Assembly: GCA_964016885.1 (NCBI GenBank)
Contig: OZ024743.1
Location: 313,286,001-313,350,000 of the forward strand
Length of the DNA stretch: 64,000 nucleotides
Reading direction: 5' to 3'
Source of the DNA: Eledone cirrhosa
Taxonomy: Eukaryota
Below, piece after piece: positions 13,142-25,349 of this stretch. Every line of letters begins with the position of its first letter. The first letter of the stretch is position 1. The notes under the pieces were generated by a model. It saw only the letters and a program-made list of their open reading frames with translations. It made no database searches and was not told the DNA's origin. A program made the translations under genes and the position numbers.

Positions 13142-13375
13142 GGTAAATGACACATACCTAAGATGTTATAGAGTGAGATCGGTAAATGACACATATACCA
13201 GATACCACACAGTGGGACCAGTAAATGACACATGCCCAAAATATCACTCAGTGACATCAGTAAATGACAAATACTTAAGATATCAAAAAGTGATATCAGT
13301 AAATGACATATACCTATGACGTCACAGTGTGATAAGTAAATGACACGTACTCAAGATATCACATGGTGTGATCAT
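13142..13375. repeat. 39-bp minisatellite (6 diverged copies) next to a minus-strand tRNA-like SINE head
   Basis: RGTAAATGAC...GTGAKATC units at ~13142, 13181, 13220, 13259, 13298, 13336. Confidence 0.85.
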
Positions 13376-13681
13376 AACCATTACCTTATGATTGCGAAGC
13401 AAACATCTTAAACATTTGGCCATACCGTGTCCTTGAGTACAGATATTGATTATTGGTGATTAAATAAAAATGTCGCTCCTTTACTTTATCTGTCTTCAAA
13501 CCTCGTTATTGATTTAGACTTTGATCTTAGAGTTCGAAAGGATTGATCTGTTAGCTGTTGTGACACACGGACAGATCACAAGTAAAGACTTTTACGGCTC
13601 CTTTTATCAATTTTAGCTACATAAATTTAGTTTCGGTATTATCCGACATACACACAGACACACACATGCATATATATACGT

Positions 13682-13882
<201 letters not shown>

Positions 13883-13907
13883 CACACACACACATGTATG
13901 TATATAA

Positions 13908-13978
<71 letters not shown>

Positions 13979-13994
13979 TATATATATATATAAG

Positions 13995-14432
13995 TATGTA
14001 TACGTACATACATATATGTATACAGACGTACAGTAGTATGTATATACATACAAATGCTCGGGTTGTTTGTTTGTAAACAAACAGCCCGAATTAAGCTGTA
14101 CAGTGTTCGGCAACCATCGTTGCCGTTTTGTTCAACACTGACAAAGGAACGAGGAACTGGTGTTTAGCTTATTAGCTGTCATCAGCACCGTATACCTTCC
14201 TGTCAGTTGATTGAACGTTTGAAAGTATATACTTTCTTTATGCATATTAACGGCTGAGTAGCCTAATTTGCATATCGAGTTTGATAGTCGACTGGGCGTA
14301 CCGAAAACGGTAAAAGGAAAAAATAAAATTTAATTTCTCACTCTTAGCACGGGTGATACCTAAATATAAGTATGTATATGTGCATACATATATGTATACA
14401 GACGTACAGTAGAATGTATATACATACATACA

Positions 14433-14437
<5 letters not shown>
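13995..14437 (-). mobile_element. Family E HHR-bearing non-coding unit (~1 copy, HHR degraded at 14150-14192)
   Basis: Homologous to 14504-15185 (inverted) and to 61550-62552. Confidence 0.85.
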
Positions 14438-14503
<66 letters not shown>

Positions 14504-15185
14504 GTTCATCGTTCCTGTGTTGAACAAATTGGCAACGATCGTTGCCGAACACTGTACGGCTAATAATTCTGGCTGTGTGTTTGCAAACAACCCGAGCATT
14601 ATAATAAATGTTCGGTAAACCCATACGTACATATATATATGTGTGCATGTATGTATGTATATACATACTACTGTACGTCTGTATACATATATGTATGTAC
14701 GTATACATATTTATATTTAGGTATCAGCCGTGCTAAGAGTGAGAAATGAAATTTCATTTTTGCCATTTATCGTTTTTGGTACGCCCGGCCGACTAACTCA
14801 CTCGATATGCAAATTAGGCTACTCAGCCGTTAATATGCATAAGGAAAGTATATACTTTCAAACGTTCAATCAACTGACAGGAAGGTATAAGGTGCTGATG
14901 ACAGCTAATAAGCTAGAAACTAGTTCATCGTTCCTTTGTCAGTGTTGAACAAAATGGCAACGATGGTTGCCGAACACCGTACGGCTAATAATTCGGGCTG
15001 TTTGTTTACAAACAAACCGAGCATTATAATAAATGTTCGGTAAACCCATACGTACATATATATATGTGTGCATGTATGTATGTATATTCATACTACTGTA
15101 CGTCTGTATACATATATGTATGTACCTAAGCATACTTATATTTAAGTATCAGCCGTACTAAGAGTGAGAAATGAAATTTCATTTT
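14504..15185 (+). mobile_element. Family E tandem unit, 419 nt period, ~1.6 copies (retrozyme-like)
   Basis: GTTCATCGTTCC at 14504 and 14923; no coding potential; (TA)n on both sides. Confidence 0.85.
14889..14931 (+). ncRNA. Minimal type I hammerhead ribozyme (family E)
   Basis: AAGGUG-CUGAUGA-CAGCU-AAUA-AGCUA-GAAA-CUAG-UU-CAUCGU; palindromic AACUAGUU in place of stem III. Confidence 0.75.
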
Positions 15186-15189
15186 TTTT

Positions 15190-15235
<46 letters not shown>

Positions 15236-15239
<4 letters not shown>

Positions 15240-15645
15240 AGAGAAAACACAGGTAAGCATTAAAAGAAGGATTTTATCCAGGTATTTACGACCGTAAATA
15301 CAATTACAAAAAAATATTTTTCTCTATATATTAAGAACTATTTCAAGAGTAACTTACTCACTATTTTGAAAATTTGCGCGTGAACAACAATTATAATTGA
15401 TTGGCTGCTATTTTCAGTATAGCAATATAAGGTTGCACTTACCAATGAAACGGTCGTAAATACCTGGATAAAATCCTTCTCTTAATGGTTACCTGTGTTT
15501 TTTCTTTTATAATTTATACTCCAAGATTGAACGGAATTCTTACAAACTTGTGGAGTTACCCCTAACCGTACGTTGAAACCATCCTTGAAAAAGGCTTTCT
15601 TAACCACGAACTGGATCACAATAAGCAATTTTCTGCTTCCCTAAC
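15236..15645. mobile_element. Fold-back pLTR-like element (family B) between (TA)n tracts; second copy at 36480-36700
   Basis: 15236-15294 is inverted at ~15451-15508; shared sequence with 36480-36700; half-HHR GAAACGGUCGUA. Confidence 0.7.
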
Positions 15646-15661
15646 TATATATATATATATA

Positions 15662-16449
15662 GTTTTGCGAGGTTTTTGATATGAAATCGTGTGTCGAAAC
15701 AAATATTGTTATACTTGGGGAGGGTCATATTTGTGTAATAATATTGCCAGAATTAATACTATACGAACATGCCAGACAACAACTCGACGGTAACATAGAC
15801 AACATAGAAATTAGAATAATATCTAAACATAGAAATGACCCAGCAGATAGGCAAATCAGAGAGGCCAGCGAAATAGAACTTAGAAGGCCAAGGCTAAACA
15901 GAAAAAATGAATGGAATAACAACAACACCCTAACAAACAACACTGACCTAAGAGAAGTATAAATAAATAAATAAATACATACACAAGCACAATAACAACA
16001 GACACATATAAACACACACTAGTAAACTAAGATAGAATACAATAACCAATACTCAGTCACCTAAACACGAACACACATCAAACAAAACACTATACACACA
16101 CGCAAACGCATGCGCAAAGAAGACAAAAAATAAACAAATAAATAAATATATAAACAGACTAAATAAAGATGGCGTAGGCATACAATACAACGGGAAGAAA
16201 CATAATAGCACTACTGACGATGTTGCAGATGTGCAACGAAAGAACTTTGATAGACTATATATATGTGTTTGTGTCTATATTGTATCTGTATTTTTTACCG
16301 TTGGTCAGTCAATGGCAACATTGAGTACCGAATAAATTAAATTAACCGATATAAAAGACACAGAAGCGAAAACCAACCAAACAGTGAGTGTGTTCTGTTA
16401 TTAATTCTGGCAATATTACACAAATATGACCCTCCCCAAGTATAACAAT
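15662..16449 (+). mobile_element. Diverged family C PLE 3' end (GIY-YIG tail + pLTR) with inverted pLTR end 15662-15755
   Basis: LYEHARQQLDGNIDNIEIRIISKHRNDPADRQIREASEIE matches ORF 49672-50244; pLTR matches 50400-50833. Confidence 0.9.
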
Positions 16450-16487
16450 ATATATATATATATATAAATAAATATATATATATATAA

Positions 16488-17036
16488 CCTGGACATCACC
16501 TCGCTCTATACCGTCATCCCTTATGATGACAGCCTCCGCGCTTTCCATCATTTTTTAGATTTACGCCTTACACCTTACCCCACCACTACCACTCTTTCCG
16601 CCCGGCTGAGCTCGTTCTCACCTTCAATGGCTTTCCTTTTCGGGTGAATTCTATCAGCAGGTCTCTGGGGTAGCGATGGGAACCAGAATGGGTCCAAACT
16701 ATGCCAACTTGTTTGTTGGCTACGTCGAAGCCCAGATCTCCCAGTACGCTGGACTGACTCTTGAGCTATACGGTCATTATATCGACGACTGTATCGGCGC
16801 CCCCTCCCTATCACGAGAGCAGCTCGACTGCTTCCTTTCTTTTGTCCAATCTTTCCATCCTGCTCTCAATTTCACGGCCCCCGTCTCCGATTCTTCTGTC
16901 GCTTTTCTAGATATCTCTCTATCTATTAATCACTCTCATCACACCCTCTCTACCTCCATCCTCATTAAACCAACAGTCTTACCTCGACTTCACCTCCTCC
17001 CATCCAACCCACACCAAACACTCCATACCCTATTCC
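16488..17036 (+). pseudogene. Penelope-like (Neptune-type) RT fragment
   Basis: LDITSLYTVIP, GVAMGTRMGPNYANLFVG, YIDDCIG, FLDISLSI, KPT motifs. Confidence 0.85.
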
Positions 17037-17385
17037 CGGCCGATTAACTCACTCGATATGCAAATTAGGCTACTCAGACGTTAATATGCATAAGGAAAGT
17101 ATATACTTTCAAACGTTCAATCAACTGACAGGAAGGTATACGGTGCTGATAACAGCTAATAAGCTAGAAACTAGTTCATCGTTCCTTTGTCAGTGTTGAA
17201 CAAAATAGCAACGATGGTTGCCGAACACTGTACGGCTTAATTCGGGCTGTTTGTTTACAAACAAACCGAACATTATAATAAATGTTCGGTAAACCCATAC
17301 GTACATATATATATGTGTACATGTATGTATATACATACTACTGTACGTCTGTATACATATATGTATGTACGTATACATACTTATA
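17037..17385 (+). mobile_element. Family E unit fused to the PLE RT fragment; HHR with G8A at 17140-17182
   Basis: ACGGUG-CUGAUAA-CAGCUAAUAAGCUA-GAAA-CUAG-UU-CAUCGU; homologous to 14783-15140. Confidence 0.85.
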
Positions 17386-17927
17386 CTTATATATATATAT
17401 ATATATATATACTCACAGGCGAAAAGTCAACGAGGAAAAACAATATACGAGTGAAATACAGTACGTTAGAACATCAAAGGAAGATATAATGCGAGATAGG
17501 AAAAGAAACAGGATTGACGAAGGAAAGAAAAGGAAGAACGATAAACAATTTTGTAGGAGGAAAGCATGTGTATATTTACTCAGCCACTTTGGAAGAGAGC
17601 AGGTCAGAATAGGACTAGATAGGGAGATAATCATTCATATTTTGAATTGTCATGTGTGTGTGCACGCGTTTGAGTGTTTGTTTGTCTGTACAAAGCTGTG
17701 GGTATATAAAAGAGTGATGTGTGTTAAACCAAGACGTACGAGTCTTGTTGTTGGAAGTATTAGAGTTTGTGTGTCATAAAACTAATTCCATCTTTAATCT
17801 CAACAATAGTTTCTATAGAGATAACTGTAGTGCCAGTACATAGAATCAATCAATCTAACATAAGTATATAATTTTCAGTAGCATTAACAAAGCGAGCTTC
17901 GTAATATGACTTAAATGATACCCTATA

Positions 17928-17990
<63 letters not shown>

Positions 17991-18059
17991 AAAATGAGGG
18001 TTTTTTTTAAATGAAAAAAAAAACAAGATGTCCTACACGAGTGAAAGTATGAGAAAAAA

Positions 18060-18337
18060 AGTTGAAATCGAAAATGCAACTGGATGCAACTGGAGTCTTT
18101 TTAAGAATATTTATTTGTTTCCTTTACCGGTTTCGCAGTTGTTATGCTTTTCAAAAGTAGAATTGAGATGGAGGGTTTGTGGTTTTTCTCGCATCTGAAA
18201 AACCACAAACCCCCAATTCTCAATTCTACTTTTGAAAAGCATGTAACTGTGAAAAACATGTAACTGTGAAACCGGTAAAGGAAACAAATAAATACTCTTA
18301 AAAAGACTCCAGTTGCATTTTCGATTTCATCTTTTTT

Positions 18338-18340
<3 letters not shown>
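18060..18340. mobile_element. Fold-back element (family F) with U3-A8 hammerhead-like motifs in both arms; third copy 20885-21035
   Basis: 18090-18188 inverted at 18198-18312; CUU-UUGAAAA-GCA...UGC-GAAA-CCGG-UA-AAG. Confidence 0.7.
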
Positions 18341-18385
<45 letters not shown>

Positions 18386-18388
<3 letters not shown>

Positions 18389-18698
18389 AATAATTACAAC
18401 ACTGACATAAATAGGTACTCAAGTTTCGTTGGGATCTGGGCCCCAATTCATTCAGCCTATCATGAGAAAAATAAAAACAGATGGCTATCTTTGTTTTTAT
18501 TTTATTTTTCTAATGACAGGATGAATGAATTAGGGCCCAGAACCCAACGAAACTTGAGTACCTGTTTATGTCAGTGTTGTAATAATTAATACTAACCTCG
18601 TCCTATAGACTGAGTGCTCTTACACTTGGATATCAATATATTTCTTTGTTGTACTACTGCATCATTTACTTTGTAGTCTCCGTTTCCCGTTTGCATAA

Positions 18699-18700
<2 letters not shown>
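18386..18700. mobile_element. Fold-back element (family G) with HHR in each arm, between (TA)n tracts
   Basis: 18390-18479 inverted at ~18493-18588; HHR 18411-18460(-) AUAGG-CUGAAUGA-AUUGGG...CCCAAC-GAAA-CUUGAG-UA-CCUAU. Confidence 0.75.
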
Positions 18701-18757
<57 letters not shown>

Positions 18758-18988
18758 ACTTTATTAATATTTATCTGCCTCAATATATTTCGGATGTATC
18801 ATCCATTATAAAAGGATCCATTGGGAAGTTCGGAGAATATCTTTTTTCCTCTTCTCCGCTCAATCCCACCTCTCACATTCATCATCAAATTGTGTTGCCT
18901 AATTATTTACATACCAACTGCATTGTAGCAGCTTCCATGACATAACCACTTTTCATATCCCACAATGCTTCAAACAAACAACACTCTT

Positions 18989-19135
18989 ATGTATGTATGT
19001 ATGTATGTATGTATGTATGTATGTATGTATGTATGTATGTATGTATGTATGTATGTATGTATGTATGTGTGTATGTATGTATGTATGTATGTATGTATGT
19101 ATGTATGTATGTATGTATGTATGTATGTATGTATG
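18989..19135. repeat. (TATG)n microsatellite
   Basis: Direct reading. Confidence 0.95.
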
Positions 19136-19208
19136 CATAGGCGCATACATATATAGATATTAGAAAAGAGAAGTGAGGTTCTATACAAAACAGTGGGTAT
19201 AGAGAAAA

Positions 19209-19435
19209 GATGAAGTTGGAAATAGCACTGGAGATATGTTTAAGGGGCTGTTTTTCTTTTTTGATTCGTCAAAGTGACATTATTGAAGAGATAGTGTTAT
19301 TAAAAAAGAATTGTCCCTCTTTTTTTAATAACACTATCTTTTTAATAACACTATCTCTTCAATGTCACTTTGACGAATTAAAAAAGAAAAACAGACCCTT
19401 AAACATACCTCTCGTACTATTTCCAACTTCATCAT
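19209..19435. repeat. Fold-back element (~100 bp arms)
   Basis: GATGAAGTTGGAAATAG...GTTATTAAAAAAGA is inverted as TCTTTTTAATAAC...CTATTTCCAACTTCATC. Confidence 0.85.
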
Positions 19436-19440
19436 TTCTC

Positions 19441-19539
<99 letters not shown>

Positions 19540-19552
19540 GAGAGAGAGAGAT

Positions 19553-19631
<79 letters not shown>

Positions 19632-19908
19632 TACATACATGATTATCAATTAATATTTATGATTCATTAAATTACTATTGTTGTTTTAATTACTGCTGTT
19701 GTTCTAGTAGTAGTAGTAGTTGTAGTATTAGTTTATTTTCTTATGTAACCATAAGTCCTTAAGTACGGTCTTTATTAGGCAGTGATTGAACGACCAACCA
19801 AATGAGTGCAAAGACATTAAGCCATTCATAACCATATTTGTATTGAAAAACGCTGCATATGATTTCAAACACTTTTCAAAATAATCAATAATTTGGAATA
19901 ATTTAATA

Positions 19909-20003
19909 TCTTCTTCTTCTTCTTCTTCTTCTTCTTCTTCTTCTTCTTCTTCTTCTTCTTCTTCTTCTTCTTCTTCTTCTTCTTCTTCTTCTTCTTCTTC
20001 TTC
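19909..20003. repeat. (TTC)n microsatellite
   Basis: Direct reading. Confidence 0.95.
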
Positions 20004-20263
20004 TATAGCATAGCTACCCCCCTTTACGTTCTCAGTTCAAATCCTGGCGCGGTTAGTTTTGCCTCTCCTCTTTACGGGCTCGATAAAATAAAGTACCAGT
20101 AAAGCATTGGTCGTCGATTTAATCGATATCTCCTTCCCTTCAATTTGCTTGACCGTATGCCAAAATGTAGAAACAATTATTTACTCGTAATTCTAAAAAC
20201 AATATTTATTTCGAATCCGGTTGATTAAATAGTTATATGCAAGTTAGTACATACACACACACG

Positions 20264-20342
<79 letters not shown>

Positions 20343-20576
20343 TTGCATGTATGAGAGTATATGTGTGTACATATATGTAAGTATGCACACACACACACAC
20401 ACACACACATATCTATATATATATATCATCATCATCATCATCATATATATATATATATATCATCATCATCATCATCATCATATATATATATATATCCGTA
20501 TGTGGTTGATGGCTAAGAGAAAGGAGTACTTAGTACCGAAATAAAGTTTTAATATTTAATAATAGTAAAAAGTGAG

Positions 20577-20674
20577 TCTTGCTACTCTGGAGTTTCGCCT
20601 GTTTATCAGTGTCATCAGGCAAGAACTTATCAGATGACCCTGTGATAAATAGGCGAAACTCCAAAATAACAAGA
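20577..20674. ncRNA. Head-to-head pair of HHR motifs (family H); minus copy 20577-20624 best preserved
   Basis: Reverse complement UCUUGC-CUGAUGA-CACUGAUAAACAGGC-GAAA-CUCCAGAG-UA-GCAAGA; degraded plus copy 20626-20674. Confidence 0.65.
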
Positions 20675-20765
20675 TCACATTTTAGACTTAATAGTATTGA
20701 ATATATATATATATATATATGAATTCGAGTACGTGTTTTAAAAAAATCCCCTCATTTCCTTATAT

Positions 20766-20881
<116 letters not shown>

Positions 20882-21145
20882 GAATGACGGTCTTTTTAAA
20901 AAAAGAGAAGTCCCACAAGGGTGAAAGTATAAGGAAAAGAAATTGAAAATACAACTGGAGTCTTTGAAGAATATTTATTCATTTACTTTACCGGTTTCAC
21001 AGTTCTTATAATTTTCAAAAGTAAAATTGAGATGGAATGTTTGTGTTCCTCTTGTGGTTTGTCTCGCCATAAACAGAAGTATTCATACACGCACACATAC
21101 ATGTATACTTACACACACACATATATATATATATACACACACATG

Positions 21146-21177
<32 letters not shown>

Positions 21178-21994
21178 CATACATATACATATATCTCTGT
21201 GCAAGCATACATGTATTTGTGCGTGTGTGACAACGTATGTTTATGGCCTATAGAGAGGAAGATAACTGAGTAATAGTCATCACACGTACGGTTAATATGT
21301 TGAGTTAGCAATTTAAATTGTATTAAGTTATATGTTAATTGACAAACCTGGACAGGGTGGCTGTTTTTAGTTCTCAGAATGTGTACATTCATGGAGGAGA
21401 AGGATTGGAAGATCAAACGATTTTCTAGATATTTCCTCTCTTTACAACACAGCCATTTGGCTCTTTGCTGAATACACATCATATGCGACTGGAAAATGTT
21501 GGTGGATTTGTCTGATCTCTCTAACATTTACATTTCATTTGCTTTAAATATTCATTTCAAGCTAGATCCGCCGATATTTCTTGCCTGCAATTCACTAAGC
21601 ATTAATAATATATTTCCTTTAGTTGAATGTCGAATAATCTAAGGTGAACTTCCATTAGATAAGTCGTTGGCTAAATTACGAGAGAAATTCAAGAAGCAGA
21701 CATTTTACTATACCCATATACATATATCAATCTCGACGAACAAGTGAGACCAGCCTTTCTTTATATTTATTCAATGACAAGATAAATGATTTCGTCAGCT
21801 GCTGTCGCTTTTATAGTTGTAAATAGATTTGAATAACGGGCTATCGTAGGAAGATTATTGAAATGGGTGAAAGATCACTATAGAGTAAGAAGTAAATTAC
21901 CAGTACTGACTAAAATAGATCAACACACAAACTTATATGACATCATATATTTCGGTTCATTGTGGAATTAACACCCACAATAATAAGTTAATGT

Positions 21995-22230
21995 AGGCGC
22001 ATGGCCTAGTGGTAAGGGCGTTTGACTTACGATTATAATGTCGTGAGTTCGATTCCTGGACGGGATTGTGTGTTGTCTTTTTGAGCAAAACACTTCATTT
22101 AACGTTGCATATTCAGCTGAAAATGAGTACTAGCAATAGCTAGTACTCATTTAAAGTTGCTTCATACCACGGAAACTGGGACAAGCACCAGCCAGAGGAG
22201 CCTCCGGCTCGCTGATGTAGATCGATCCAT
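21995..22230 (+). mobile_element. tRNA-derived CORE-like SINE
   Basis: GGCGCATGGCCTAGTGGTAAG (A box), GAGTTCGATTCC (B box), TTGAGCAAAACACTTCATTT. Confidence 0.75.
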
Positions 22231-22368
22231 TAAGATTTCTTTGGTATATAACACTCAAGTACTTAAGAGTGATCTTTCTTATTCTGCCACCCAACTCCCC
22301 CAAAGTACGTATGTATTTCTATAGTTGGCCTAACTGTCTCTTAACATCTAAACTGTTCTATTGCATGT

Positions 22369-22407
<39 letters not shown>

Positions 22408-22787
22408 ACTCTTCCCTTCTTTTCTTCTACCATCCCTCACTGTTTACTTCCTGCCTGGCCAATACTTGGGTCTTTTGTTTTCAGCCAATTTAAGCAGCAA
22501 ACCATTTTTCTTCAGCTCCGTAACCCGACCATAGCTGCTCGACGAAAGTCAAAATTTCCTTCTCTTCCTAGCGTTGCATATTTTGTCGAAAGAAACCCGT
22601 ACATTTTCTTGGTCATCCAATCTGTTGCCCAAACTGGCTTCACATGTGCAGTACTGCCTTAATACGCGAAACTGCCCTGCCAGCAAGGCTGATGACAAAC
22701 TAAAGTCCGTTCGTCTTATGTAAATGTGTGATTTTCTGCTGCTAATATCCACACTAACACGCATATCCTTTAACACACACACACACA

Positions 22788-22894
<107 letters not shown>

Positions 22895-23119
22895 TATGCA
22901 TTGTCATAATTGTTAATGTTGCTTTATTAATCGTTTTGATTTTTCTGCCCGAGATTTTACTTGCTTTTCCAGGAAACGGGGCTGGGCTGAGGCTGCCCTT
23001 CTGTCCTTTAATCTCTCTTACCGACCGTACTTCTATTTATACATTGTATTTGTCAAAATGATTCCATGTTCAAAGCCTTCATTAATTACCAGAAAGTATT
23101 CCACTCAATTCAAATCTGT

Positions 23120-24150
23120 GGACCATACAGATCAAAGTGGGAGTCAACGCTGCAGTAGTTAACCTACCGAAGACACTCTCCAGTGGGCAGCGTGCAGTAG
23201 TTACTGTAGAGGACCATCTTACGGAGTGGTTTACCATCTGGAAATGTGTGCGACAGGGCTACCTCATGTCAACCATGTGCTTCAACGTCTACTCAGGGTA
23301 AATGTGACAATCAACAGACGATCTCTCCTGAATAGGAGTAACCGTTGGTAGCAGGAATCTCAACAACCTTTGCTTTGCTGATAATGTTCTGATAGCAAAA
23401 TCACCGGAGACACTCCAAAATCAGCTTGACGAAGTGGAAAGGATCTCCGGTGAGTATCAGCTGGAAATCAACACCAAGAAGACGAGAGTCATGGAAGACC
23501 CTAGGGAATTATTGCAGCTGGGCATTTATTGTCGAGGAGTTATGCTAGCTCAAGTGCAAATATTCACTCTAGTACCAGGGATCCATCATAGATCAAACAG
23601 CGAATCGCAGTCACGAGATCAGAGTTCTTCTGAGTGCAACAAGATCAGCATTGAGCTCTCTCAACATCCTGGCAAATGACCGCTTATGAAGACCTTAGTT
23701 TCACCGTTTGCACTATATGGCTACGAGACCTGGACACCGAAAAACCACCAATGCTAACAAACTGACGTCGTTGGAGACAACATGTTAAAGGCAGGCATAG
23801 CATATCAGCTGGATAGACCACAAAACTAATGAGTCAGTCCTGGAGGAGATGGGAACAGAGAGGCAGATAGTCGCGACCATAACGAAGCGAAAGTCATAAT
23901 ACTTTGGCCATGTCATCTGTCATCAGAGCTTAGAAGCTCTGCACCCACATCCTGATGGGACATATCGATGCAGAAGATCAACGGGGACGCTGAAAACCAA
24001 GGGGACGCTGGAGTGATGACATCAGGCTGTGAACGGGAAGAATGCTGGCGGAGTGGATATTCGTAGCGAGGGAGAGGAACTAGTGGAGAGCATTGATGAA
24101 ATTATCCATTGTGTCCGACCCTCAGTAACGAGGATGTTAGAAGAAGAGAG
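23120..24150 (+). pseudogene. 5'-truncated RTE-clade LINE (RT C-terminal part)
   Basis: EWFTIWKCVRQG, RNLNNLCFADN, LEINTKKTRVM, ALYGYETWT, ISWIDHKTNESVLEEM, YFGHVI; ends in AAGAAGAG-type tail. Confidence 0.85.
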
Positions 24151-24679
24151 AAAGAGATTTGTTAGAATGGTTAGTCGCATTTCAGTTGTGATTAAAATAG
24201 AAGCTGCTCCAATTTTGTTTTCAATTCAACAATATCAATATATTGTCTTGCGTAAATCGGTTTGAAAATTTCACATCGAAATTTGTACTGGATTGAAATA
24301 ACACTTTTCTGCATTCAAACCGAAATCTGACTACTAATTTACAAAATCTTGATTTGTAGGTTTCACTGTTTATCATTTTCTAAAGCTGTATTCGAATTCG
24401 CCTATTAGTCATATAGTTATCAGGTTTTTAAATCACCGATAGTTGAATATACCCCACTGTACTTGCATAACTATAGGCATATCTTCTTATATTTTAATTC
24501 ACATCCTCTGAAAAATAAGTAAAGAATATCGTTAGTGCTCACAAAACGAGTGGTTTTAAATCCAGGACTATAAAAACGGCTCAGAAATGTTAAAGAAAAT
24601 CATAGTAGGAGTTTTGTGTTTATTGTAGATGTTTAATACTTGCAATTTTAAGTGATATAAAAGGCATTGCATTGCTTAC

Positions 24680-25340
24680 AACTAATCATAAAAGTGCAGA
24701 ATCTACAATCAATTCTCAAAGAAAAATGAAACTGCATTTCTTTAGTAATGTTGACATAAACACTAAGGAAATAGACGCACGCATATTCATATTTATTGAT
24801 CAGCATTATTCAATAAAAACTGTAGAACATTTGACCGAATTTCGTAAAGAATGTTTTATTGATGAATCATAAGCGAACGAAATGTACAGTAATTAGTAAA
24901 ATGTCTTGGACCTCATTTTAGAAACAAAGTGAAAGAATACCTGAAAAATGAGAAATATAGCTTAATTAGATACGAGGCTAAGGATATATCTTTGACAAAA
25001 CGTTTAGCTATTATTATGAGATATTATTCTGAAACTAGAAAGGAAATCACTAATTTAATTAAATTGCAAGATACTGAAGCAATTTGCAACGCTATAAAAG
25101 AAAGCTTAAACGCAAGGTCCCTTGATTTATAGAATTTATTTGGACTCGGTACAGACAATGAATCTGTTATAAGTGGCATTAACAATAGGGTTTGTTCACT
25201 TTTAGAAAAAGAAATTTAACGCTAATAAACTATATTTGTTATTCCCTGCTACTTTCCCCTTCATATACTGTTGCTGAATACTTATCGAGAAATTCGGAGA
25301 ATGAATATGATTAAGGACACTTATAGCTAGTGTTTACATC
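24680..25340 (+). pseudogene. hAT-family transposase remnant, N-terminal part
   Basis: KYSLIRYEAKDISLTKRLAIIMRY and FGLGTDNESVISGINN resemble the hAT first/second catalytic Asp motifs (DESTD, TDNASVMSG). Confidence 0.7.
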
Positions 25341-25349
25341 ATTCTGTTA

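Noticed and set aside
13142-13375. CRISPR-like array (conserved GTAAATGAC plus variable parts)
   Set aside because: The 'spacers' are homologous to each other, there are no cas genes, and the context is eukaryotic; it is a diverged minisatellite
15395-15465. Family B hammerhead
   Set aside because: Only the 3' half (GAAACGGUCGUA) is present; no CUGANGA in either copy
21995-22070. tRNA gene (also 2450-2520)
   Set aside because: Cloverleaf incomplete and followed by a CORE-like domain, so these are SINE heads
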